From NCBI GenBank assembly GCA_039715015.1, contig JBDLIE010000009.1:1-64000 (forward strand): 64,000 nt of DNA, given 5' to 3'. This stretch comes from Thermodesulfobacteriota bacterium (GTDB lineage Bacteria > Desulfobacterota > Desulfobulbia > Desulfobulbales > SURF-16). The position numbers were made by a program, and so were the translations under genes. How positions within the stretch are numbered: the first letter of the stretch is position 1; every line of letters starts with the position of its first letter. Positions 56,313-64,000 of this stretch are shown here, one piece after another. Below the pieces are notes generated by a model. It worked only from the letters and a program-made list of their open reading frames with translations. It did not search any database and was not told the origin of the DNA.

Positions 56313-57323
56313 ATGGCATTTGTTGATGAAGCAAAGTTCTTTGTCAAGGCCGGTGACGGCGGTCGGGGATGCGTAAGTTTCCGCCGGGAGAAGTTTGTCC
56401 CCAAGGGCGGTCCTGACGGCGGTGACGGCGGCCGGGGCGGCTCCGTCTATATTGAGGCCTCATCGCGCCTTCAATCTCTTATCGATTTCAAGTATCGTTC
56501 CCATTTTATCGCCAAGAACGGCGCCCATGGCAAGGGCAAGAAGATGCACGGCCATGGCGGCAAGGATTATGTGCTGCATGTTCCGCCCGGCTCCATTGTC
56601 AAGGATGCTGAAACTGGCGAGGTCATCATTGATCTCGTCGAAGAGGGGCAGCGTTACCTGGCGGCCCAAGGCGGCAAGGGCGGCCGCGGTAATGTCCATT
56701 TCGCCTCATCAACCAACCGGGCGCCACGCATAGCTGATAAGGGAACCCCGGGCGAAGAGCGCTGGCTGCGTATCGAGCTTAAGCTCATTGCCGATGTCGG
56801 CCTTATCGGGTTGCCAAATGCCGGCAAATCCACCTTGCTTTCCAGTCTGTCAGCCGCCAACCCGAAGGTGGCTCCCTATCCTTTTACTACCCTGGACCCC
56901 CAGCTCGGAGTGCTTAACTTCGATTATGGCGATTCCTGTATCATTGCTGATATCCCCGGCCTTATTGAGGGTGCCCATGAGGGCGCTGGTCTTGGCCATA
57001 AATTTCTGCGCCATATTGAGCGAACCCGCATTCTGCTCCATGTTATAGACTCCACCGGTCTTGAAGATGACCCTTTGCACCAGTACCAGGTCGTGGAAAA
57101 TGAGCTTTCCCAGTTCAATGAAGAATTAATAGGCAGAGAGCGGTTGGTCCTTCTCAATAAGACTGATATTATAAGTCCGGAAGAATTTGAGAAGCTTGCT
57201 GGCAGATTCAAGGAGGCCGGTATTCCCTGTCTGGCGATTTCAGCTGAGACAGGGGATGGCCTCGATGGCTTGAGAGAGTGGCTGGCAGAAATCTTATTTG
57301 AAGGTGAGGAGGACCATGCCTGA
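56313..57323 (+). CDS. obgE: GTPase ObgE/CgtA
   Basis: AGDGGRGCVSFRREK…GGPDGGDGG, GLPNAGKST, YPFTT, DIPG, NKTD. Confidence 0.97.
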   Translation: MAFVDEAKFFVKAGDGGRGCVSFRREKFVPKGGPDGGDGGRGGSVYIEASSRLQSLIDFKYRSHFIAKNGAHGKGKKMHGHGGKDYVLHVPPGSIVKDAETGEVIIDLVEEGQRYLAAQGGKGGRGNVHFASSTNRAPRIADKGTPGEERWLRIELKLIADVGLIGLPNAGKSTLLSSLSAANPKVAPYPFTTLDPQLGVLNFDYGDSCIIADIPGLIEGAHEGAGLGHKFLRHIERTRILLHVIDSTGLEDDPLHQYQVVENELSQFNEELIGRERLVLLNKTDIISPEEFEKLAGRFKEAGIPCLAISAETGDGLDGLREWLAEILFEGEEDHA

Positions 57324-58476
57324 AAGTATTACCCCGGACGAAGGACAAAAGCTCCGCCTGGCCCATCTCAAGGATGTGAAAAGGGTGGTGGTGAAGGTCG
57401 GGAGCGCCGTCTTGACCGGCGATGTTGGCCTCCATGCTGAAACCATGGAGAACCTTGCTGACGAACTGGCCTTCTTGAGGGAAAGCGGCCGCGAGGTCAT
57501 TTTGGTCAGTTCCGGGGCCGTGGCTGTTGGTCGCCGCAAGCTTTGCATTATCCAGCCCACCCTGTCACTTAAGGAAAAACAGGCTGCCGCTGCTGTGGGC
57601 CAATGCGGCCTCATGCATTATTATGACGCCCTCTTTAGCAAGCGTAACCTCTACGTCTCCCAGGTGCTCCTCACCCACTCGGATCTGGCCCATCGCGGTC
57701 GCTATCTCAATATCAGAAATACCATGTCCACCCTTTTTGACTGGGGGGTCATTCCCATCATTAACGAGAATGACACGGTAAGCGCCGAGGAATTGCAGTT
57801 CGGTGATAATGATACCCTGGGCGCGCTCGTCACGAACCTTATTGATGCCGATATCTTTATCTGTCTCACCGATGTTGATAGCCTCTATACCGGTAATCCC
57901 GCTACAGATCGGCAGGCCACCCCAGTCCATACCGTTTCCACGATCAACGATTCTGTGATTAATATGGCTGGCCATTCCGGTTCGGCCCTTGGGACAGGCG
58001 GCATGCGGAGTAAGATTCTTGCTGCCCAGATGGTTGCGGCCCGGGGCGGCTACTCTTTTATTGGCCCTGGACGACAAAAAGGGGTGATCCAATCGCTGTT
58101 CAAGGGCGAACTGGTGGGCACCTTCTTTCTGCCCCATGAGGAGAAGCAAAAGCTCCACTCCCGTAAACATTGGATTGCCTTTGTTTTGCGCCCTAAGGGT
58201 TATCTCATCCTCGACAAAGGCGCCTGCCGGGCCGTACAACGGCAAGGGTCGAGCCTTCTGCCTTCAGGTGTCCTGGAGGTGCGGGGAGAATTTGCCGCCG
58301 GAGATCCTGTCCATTGCCTTGATAAGGACGGCAACGAGGTGGCCGCTGGATTGGTCAACTACAAAAAATCTGAGGTGGAGAAGATCTGTGGGCGTCATAG
58401 CACGGAAATTCCTGACATCTTGGGATACAAGGGTGACGACGAAGTCATTCACCGCGATAATCTGGTAAAGTTGTAA
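57316..58476 (+). CDS. proB: Glutamate 5-kinase (with PUA domain)
   Basis: VVKVGS, VSSGAV, INENDTV, FGDNDTL, GTGGMRSK, SLLPSG, IHRDN. Confidence 0.96.
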   Translation: MPESITPDEGQKLRLAHLKDVKRVVVKVGSAVLTGDVGLHAETMENLADELAFLRESGREVILVSSGAVAVGRRKLCIIQPTLSLKEKQAAAAVGQCGLMHYYDALFSKRNLYVSQVLLTHSDLAHRGRYLNIRNTMSTLFDWGVIPIINENDTVSAEELQFGDNDTLGALVTNLIDADIFICLTDVDSLYTGNPATDRQATPVHTVSTINDSVINMAGHSGSALGTGGMRSKILAAQMVAARGGYSFIGPGRQKGVIQSLFKGELVGTFFLPHEEKQKLHSRKHWIAFVLRPKGYLILDKGACRAVQRQGSSLLPSGVLEVRGEFAAGDPVHCLDKDGNEVAAGLVNYKKSEVEKICGRHSTEIPDILGYKGDDEVIHRDNLVKL

Positions 58477-58583
58477 GGGGCCGACTTTTTAGCCCTTGTG
58501 CCTCTGAGCCTTTATGGTATCTTTTTGACCTTTCCAGGTAATCCCTATTTTGATTTGAAAAGCTAAAACGAGTACGAGAAGAT

Positions 58584-59840
58584 ATGTCCATCGAACAAAC
58601 CATCAAAGACATGGCTGTGCAGGCCAAGAAGGCGGCGCACTCCATGTCTATTTTATCTACAGAGCAGAAGAATAATGTTTTAAGCCGCATGGCTGACGCC
58701 CTGGCCGAACAAAAGGTCTATATTCAGGCCGAAAATGCCAAGGACCTTGAGGCTGGTGAGGCCAAGGGCCTGGCTGCAGCCATGCTTGACCGTCTTCATC
58801 TTTCTGACCAGGTGATGGATTCCATGATCGCTGGTCTGCGCGAGGTCATTGCTCTGCCTGACCCGGTTGGTGAGATTAATGATATGGTCAGGCGGCCAAG
58901 CGGTATCACCGTGGGCCGGATGCGTATCCCCTTGGGGGTTATTGGCATGATCTACGAGTCGCGCCCTAATGTTACGGTGGATGCGGCTGCTTTATGCCTT
59001 AAGGCCGGTAATGCCATTTTGCTGCGCGGTGGTTCTGAGGCCATCCATTCCAACCTGGCCCTGGCCAAGGTTCTCCAGGACGCCCTTGGAGCTGAGAAGG
59101 TCGACCCCGCCGCTATCCAGGTCATACCCACCACGGATCGGGACGCAGTCACCTTTATGCTCCAGCTCGAAGAGCAGATTGACCTCATCATTCCCCGCGG
59201 CGGCGAGGGGTTGATTCGTTTTGTTGCTGAGACCTCGCGTATTCCTGTGCTCAAACATTATAAAGGCGTCTGTCATGTTTTTATTGATGACAGCGCCCAG
59301 ATTGATATGGGGGTTGCTATTGTCATGAACGGCAAGGTGCAGCGCCCCGGTGTCTGCAATGCCTTGGAGACCCTGCTTGTCCATAAGGATATTGCTGCAG
59401 ACTTTTTGCCGGCAGTGGCCAAGGAGCTTTTTGCTGCCGGAGTGGAGATCCGCGGCTGTGAGCAGACCTGCAAGATCGTGGCAGATGCCAAGCCTGCCAG
59501 CCCGGAAGATTGGCCCATGGAGTTTCTCGAACTTATCCTGGCCGTCAAGGTGGTTGATGATATGGACGGCGCCATGGCCCATATCAGGGAGTACGGCTCC
59601 CAGCATACCGAGGTGATCGTTACTGAAAATTACAGCCATGGCCAGCGTTTCATTCGCGAGGTAGACGCCTCGGCTGTGATGATTAACGCCTCCACCCGCT
59701 TTTCTGATGGTGGCGAGTTTGGTCTGGGCGCTGAGATCGGCATCTCCACCACCAAGCTCCATGCTTACGGACCTATGGGTCTTAAGGAGCTGACCACCAA
59801 GAAGTTCATCGTCTATGGTGATGGCCAAGTCAGGGTGTGA
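58584..59840 (+). CDS. proA: Gamma-glutamyl phosphate reductase
   Basis: PLGVIGMIYESRPNVT, IPRGG, VCNALET, NASTRF, EIGISTTKLHAYGP. Confidence 0.97.
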   Translation: MSIEQTIKDMAVQAKKAAHSMSILSTEQKNNVLSRMADALAEQKVYIQAENAKDLEAGEAKGLAAAMLDRLHLSDQVMDSMIAGLREVIALPDPVGEINDMVRRPSGITVGRMRIPLGVIGMIYESRPNVTVDAAALCLKAGNAILLRGGSEAIHSNLALAKVLQDALGAEKVDPAAIQVIPTTDRDAVTFMLQLEEQIDLIIPRGGEGLIRFVAETSRIPVLKHYKGVCHVFIDDSAQIDMGVAIVMNGKVQRPGVCNALETLLVHKDIAADFLPAVAKELFAAGVEIRGCEQTCKIVADAKPASPEDWPMEFLELILAVKVVDDMDGAMAHIREYGSQHTEVIVTENYSHGQRFIREVDASAVMINASTRFSDGGEFGLGAEIGISTTKLHAYGPMGLKELTTKKFIVYGDGQVRV

Positions 59841-59916
59841 CAGGCTATTGAGAAATGTCACGAGCAGTAGAAAGGCCAGGAAAAAATGGCCGAAAACGCG
59901 CAGTTTACTTAAGTAA

Positions 59917-60636
59917 ATGAGCATTTTGAGAACATTTTTAACGCAGAATTTCTGCTGCGCAGTAGTTTCTCAACAGCCTGCTAGGCGCCTCGGTATCCTC
60001 GGGGGCACCTTTGATCCCGTCCACCTGGGCCACTTTGCTGTGGCCCAGGCAGCTCTGGATAGCCTGGTCCTGGACCAGGTTCTCTTTATTCCCTCCTTCA
60101 AACCGCCCCATAAAACAGAGCGTGCCATCACCCCCTTTGCCCAGCGCCTTGCCATGCTGAAGCTGGCCCTTGCTGGCCATCCTGCATTCCAAGTCTCAGA
60201 TCTTGAGGGAGAACGACAGGATTTTTCCTATACCATTGATACTCTGCAGGAATTACGTAAACGCCTTGGTGGGGAGACAACGCTTTATTTTTTGATGGGT
60301 TTTGATGCCTTTGTGGAAATGGCGACCTGGAAACAATACCGGGATATTCCCAGGTTTGCCGATATCGTAGTCATTAACCGGCCCCATTCGCAGCATGGCA
60401 CCATGGCTTTGGCGGTACAGGATGTTTTTGGTATCCAGGGCGGGATTTTTCAGAAGGAGGAAGGGCAGTGGCAGCTCACAACCGGCGGCCTCATCCATGA
60501 GCTGGTTATGGATGAGGTGCCTGTCTCCTCCTCAGCTATTCGCCAGGCCCTTTCTGCCGGCGAGGATGTTACTGCCATGCTCCACCCTATGGTTTCTTCC
60601 TATATCAAAGAAAATAGCCTTTATGTTACGGGCTAG
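59917..60636 (+). CDS. nadD: Nicotinate-nucleotide adenylyltransferase
   Basis: GILGGTFDPVHLGH, PPHK, SYTIDT, VSSSAIR; exact start uncertain. Confidence 0.92.
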   Translation: MSILRTFLTQNFCCAVVSQQPARRLGILGGTFDPVHLGHFAVAQAALDSLVLDQVLFIPSFKPPHKTERAITPFAQRLAMLKLALAGHPAFQVSDLEGERQDFSYTIDTLQELRKRLGGETTLYFLMGFDAFVEMATWKQYRDIPRFADIVVINRPHSQHGTMALAVQDVFGIQGGIFQKEEGQWQLTTGGLIHELVMDEVPVSSSAIRQALSAGEDVTAMLHPMVSSYIKENSLYVTG

Positions 60637-60696
60637 ATCTTTTTGTTCGCTTATCATCCCAACTTATTTGTAAAACACCCCTCTTAAACTTTTGCC

Positions 60697-62826
60697 TCAG
60701 CTTTCCGTGTCGTTGGAATCAGCCGGTGTCGGGCCAGGGAGCCTGAACTGTGTGCTGTCACTTCCAGGCAGGGCCGGGGAACCGGACAGAGCGCTTGTTC
60801 TTCCAGCACCGTCAACAATGGCCTGGAGTTCTCCCACAACTTCCATCATTGAGGCGGCTTGGGCGTTAAGTTCCTCCGATGCTGCCGCAGATTCCTCAGC
60901 TGATGCCGAGTTCTGCTGGGTAACGCTGTCCATTTGCGTAATGGCTTGATTGATCTGGCTGAAACCTTGGGACTGCTCCTGGGAGGCGTTGGCAATCCCT
61001 TCCACCAGAGTGCCGACCTTAATGCTACTTTCCGCCACCTCTTTAAATGCCTCAGTGGTTTGAGTAACAATGTCTTTGCCTGAATTGACCTTCTGAACGG
61101 TTCCCTCAATGAGCTCCGCAGTGTCTTTTGCCGCCTCAGTGGCCCGCATGGCAAGGTTTCTGACTTCATCGGCCACCACGGCAAAACCAGCACCCGCCTC
61201 ACCGGCCCGGGCCGCCTCAACCGCGGCGTTTAAGGCCAGTAGGTTGGTCTGAAAGGCAATCTCATCAATGGTTTTGATGATTTTGGAGGTGGCCTCGCTC
61301 GCAGAGGCGATCTCCTCCATGGATTTCTTCATTTCTGCCATTGACTGGTCAGTACCTCGAATAATCTCTGAGGCATCCCGCATTAGCGTATCTGCCTGGG
61401 AGGCGTTATCGGCGTTTTGTTTGGTCATCGAAGACATCTCCTCCATGGAAGCAGAAGTCTCCTCAATGGAAGCTGCCTGGTTGGCGGCACCTCCTGCCAG
61501 GTCCTGGCTGGCGCCGGAAACCTGACCGGATGCGGCGGAAACCTGCTCAGCCCCCGAAGTCAGCCAGTGTACAGTCTTTTTGATAGGATTGGTGATGGAA
61601 CGGCTGATGAAAAAGGAGAACATGATGCCCACCAACAGGGTGACTGCTCCAGAAGTTATTGCCACCCGTGACAGGGAGGTGGACATTTTTGTGATCTGGT
61701 TCGTGGAGATAAGGGTCTCTTCGGCAGCCACGTTATGGACATTGTCAATAATCGGCTCGATTTTATGGACTGCCTCTCGCATTCGAGCCGTGGCACTCTT
61801 TATTTGGTCTTTTTGGGCGACCAAACCGTCAAAGGCCTTTTGGTAGACGTCGAGCTGCGCATTGGTTGCGTTAACGTGTTCCGGCAGAATGCCGGCCTTT
61901 TCAATGGTCGTACGAAGTTTGGCAATGGCCTTGTGGGTTTTTTCCACATATTTTTGCTCTCCCCTGAGCAGATAGTCCTTCTCCTGCTTGCGGATATCTA
62001 ACAGCATGGCTGTCGTTCCAGAGACGCGAACTGAATTAATGGCTTTAGCCATGGCATGGGCGGCCGCCCGCATGACCTTATAATGTTTGCTTCGTTCAGT
62101 GTTGTTTTTGGCCGCCATCCAGGGGCCGCTGGCTTTTGCATAAGTGGCAAAGGCATTTTGTTGGGCCTTTTTGGCAACAGGTTCACAGGTGCTGGTGCCA
62201 AGCAGCATCTCATACTGAGCCATGGCCTCATTGAGCTTGTTTTTATAAGAGCTGCTTTTTTTCTGATTGCCGATTGAGCGTAGAAAATCTTTTTCGTAGC
62301 GCCGTATCTGCAACAGGGCAATCATGAGTTCGTCAATATTATGCTCAGGTATATCGCTGCTCAGTCTGTGGGCAGCGGCGCGAAATTCACCCTGCAGCCC
62401 TGATTTATGGTCCAGCCCTGCATGTTGCTGGGCCGCCACTAACTGCGCAAAACTGTCCTGGTATTCCTTGGCAAGAGCGATGACTTTAACGGCCTCCTTT
62501 GCCCTTTGCATGTTACTTTCATGTTCCGATATCTTTTGCATAGACTGGGCGCTTTCAATAAGCCCGGTAATATTTTTGCTATGCTTGTCGAGATATTTTA
62601 GGTCACTGCGCAGCAGGAAGTCTTTTTCATTCCTGCGGGCTTGTAACATGTATGCCTTTGCCTCTCCTGCATGGTTGAGTAGTGCGACATCACCATTAAT
62701 GAGACCTTTAAAGCCGGAAGAAGTCTTGCTTGAAGATGTTTGATAGATGGTCATGATGAGGAGCATCAACAAAAGAACAACACCAAAGCCGCCGATAATT
62801 TTCATGCTCAATTTTAAACTTTTCAA
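60697..62826 (-). CDS. Methyl-accepting chemotaxis protein with large helical periplasmic sensor
   Basis: TM1, ~360-aa periplasmic region, TM2, signalling tip [37 protein letters not shown] start with AGGAG RBS. Confidence 0.93.
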   Translation of the reverse strand: MKSLKLSMKIIGGFGVVLLLMLLIMTIYQTSSSKTSSGFKGLINGDVALLNHAGEAKAYMLQARRNEKDFLLRSDLKYLDKHSKNITGLIESAQSMQKISEHESNMQRAKEAVKVIALAKEYQDSFAQLVAAQQHAGLDHKSGLQGEFRAAAHRLSSDIPEHNIDELMIALLQIRRYEKDFLRSIGNQKKSSSYKNKLNEAMAQYEMLLGTSTCEPVAKKAQQNAFATYAKASGPWMAAKNNTERSKHYKVMRAAAHAMAKAINSVRVSGTTAMLLDIRKQEKDYLLRGEQKYVEKTHKAIAKLRTTIEKAGILPEHVNATNAQLDVYQKAFDGLVAQKDQIKSATARMREAVHKIEPIIDNVHNVAAEETLISTNQITKMSTSLSRVAITSGAVTLLVGIMFSFFISRSITNPIKKTVHWLTSGAEQVSAASGQVSGASQDLAGGAANQAASIEETSASMEEMSSMTKQNADNASQADTLMRDASEIIRGTDQSMAEMKKSMEEIASASEATSKIIKTIDEIAFQTNLLALNAAVEAARAGEAGAGFAVVADEVRNLAMRATEAAKDTAELIEGTVQKVNSGKDIVTQTTEAFKEVAESSIKVGTLVEGIANASQEQSQGFSQINQAITQMDSVTQQNSASAEESAAASEELNAQAASMMEVVGELQAIVDGAGRTSALSGSPALPGSDSTQFRLPGPTPADSNDTES

Positions 62827-63076
62827 AATCTCTTCTCCTGCCTATTTTTTTGTAATACCGTATATTGTGAATAGTGAAATTTTCTAATTACCTGCAGGGG
62901 CGAATGTTTCCATTATATGGATGTTTGCATTTCCAAGTCAAATTACTTTGTAAGAAAAAAGTTAAATAGGGCTGGGGGCAGAATCCCAGAAAGGTTGGGA
63001 TCGAAAGAGAATTTAGAAAGATCTGAGAGTATCGCGGCAGCCGGGAAATTTTTTGCCAAATATTGCAATCTGGAAC

Positions 63077-63092
63077 GGCAATTTCCCTGCCA
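63077..63092 (-). promoter_or_regulatory. Putative sigma54 promoter of the MCP gene
   Basis: Minus strand TGGCAG-GGAAA-TTGCC, GG-N10-GC, ~250 nt upstream of the start. Confidence 0.55.
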
Positions 63093-63337
63093 CGCATAGA
63101 GCACATGATGAGCAGAGAGTCGAAAGGCACTTGCATCAAGCGCCTCGACTAATGTTTCTGGAAAAAGAAGGGGCGGCACGGGCAGTTGCCTGGCTGATTA
63201 ATGAAACCCTGGTCCTTATTTAGATACGCTGTGCATGGGTAAGGGCTAGATTGCTCAGGGTCAGATTGATATCAGGCCCTTAGGGAGCCGTGAAGAAAAA
63301 TAGAAGGGGTGGAGAAAGAGTTGTTCTCCACAACATA

Positions 63338-64000
63338 TCAGCGCATGGTGTCGCTGAGCACCTCGGCGTAAGCAGAGTGCTTGTGGATCGACTCGAAGCT
63401 TTCGACACCGGCTGAGAACCAGAGGATGTCCGGGTGGTTGTCAGCGGCCTGGGCCACCTTGCGTACAGCATCTTCAACAAACATCGGGTTTTCGTAGGCG
63501 GTTTCGGTGACGTATTTTTCATCTGGTCTCTTCAGCAAAGAATAGACCTCGCAGGAGGCGCTCTGCTCCACCATGGTGATCAGGTCCTCCACCCAGATAA
63601 AATTCTTGAATTTGACGTTGAGGTTGATCTCGGCCCGTTGGTTATGGGCCCCGTAGTTACTGATCTCCTTTGAACATGGACAGAGAGTGGTGGTGGGCAC
63701 CCAGATCGACATGAGCAGATCGTCGCAGGCATCGCCAATGGAGCCGGTAAAGCGGCAGGTGTACTCCATGAGACCGGGGGTCTTGGTAACCGGGGCTTTT
63801 TTCTCGATAAAATAGGGAAAGGTCATCTCAAGCTGGGCAGATTCAGCCTGAAGCTCCTCTTTTACCTCGCGCAGCAACTGCGGAAAGATCTCCACCGAGA
63901 TGTCATTCTGGTATTTCTTCAAAACACTGAGAAAGGTGGGCACGCAGTTCTGGCGAAAGCGGCGGGGCAGGTTGACCTGCAGGGTGATAGACGCCACAGT
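63338..64000 (-). CDS. folE2: GTP cyclohydrolase IB family protein, 5' end outside window
   Basis: FPYFIEKKAPV, TTLCPCSKEIS..GAHNQR, LKRPDEKYVTE.AYENPMFVED, ESIHKHSAYA. Confidence 0.88.
   Translation of the reverse strand, partial: TVASITLQVNLPRRFRQNCVPTFLSVLKKYQNDISVEIFPQLLREVKEELQAESAQLEMTFPYFIEKKAPVTKTPGLMEYTCRFTGSIGDACDDLLMSIWVPTTTLCPCSKEISNYGAHNQRAEINLNVKFKNFIWVEDLITMVEQSASCEVYSLLKRPDEKYVTETAYENPMFVEDAVRKVAQAADNHPDILWFSAGVESFESIHKHSAYAEVLSDTMR

Overview
Gene-dense core chromosome of what looks like a Desulfobacterota (probably Desulfobulbales-like) bacterium; the taxonomy is inferred from gene order and content, not from a database search. Contents: a short AT-richer patch (PagL-like outer-membrane deacylase, small secreted protein); an orphan sensor-less histidine kinase plus rsmI; rlmE-yebC-ruvCAB-panB; a PomA/PomB-like stator with a PilZ gene; a split class I fumarase; ftsEX-envC-ctpA; a flagellar cluster (two sigma54 activators, a TPR protein, flgBC-fliEFGHIJ-motE-like, fliK-flgD-flgE); an orphan cooC; ileS-lspA, fabD; ffh-rpsP-khpA-rimM-trmD-SPOUT-rplS; rnhB-yraN-pdxA-P-loop kinase; TPR/LolB-like/radical SAM/rng; rplU-rpmA-obgE-proBA-nadD; an MCP; and a 5'-truncated folE2. 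I saw no tRNA, rRNA, CRISPR array, prophage or transposase. Best leads: (1) an in-phase A_AAA_AAG slippery heptamer at the end of trmD whose -1 frame runs openly into the downstream Tm1570-type SPOUT gene, a candidate programmed frameshift giving a TrmD-Tm1570 fusion; (2) a 949-aa FlgE with three repeated inserted domains, one compositionally foreign, next to a long FliK; (3) a 17-nt promoter-proximal motif and hairpin shared by the ffh-rpsP and rplU operons; (4) a 135-bp palindromic MITE-like element with TTA duplication in the rplS stop codon; (5) a shared operator and three sigma54 promoters outlining the flagellar regulon; (6) a triple-module MCP sensor; (7) a FolE2 lacking the KGTHMSRF motif. 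All were found by eye and need computational or experimental confirmation.
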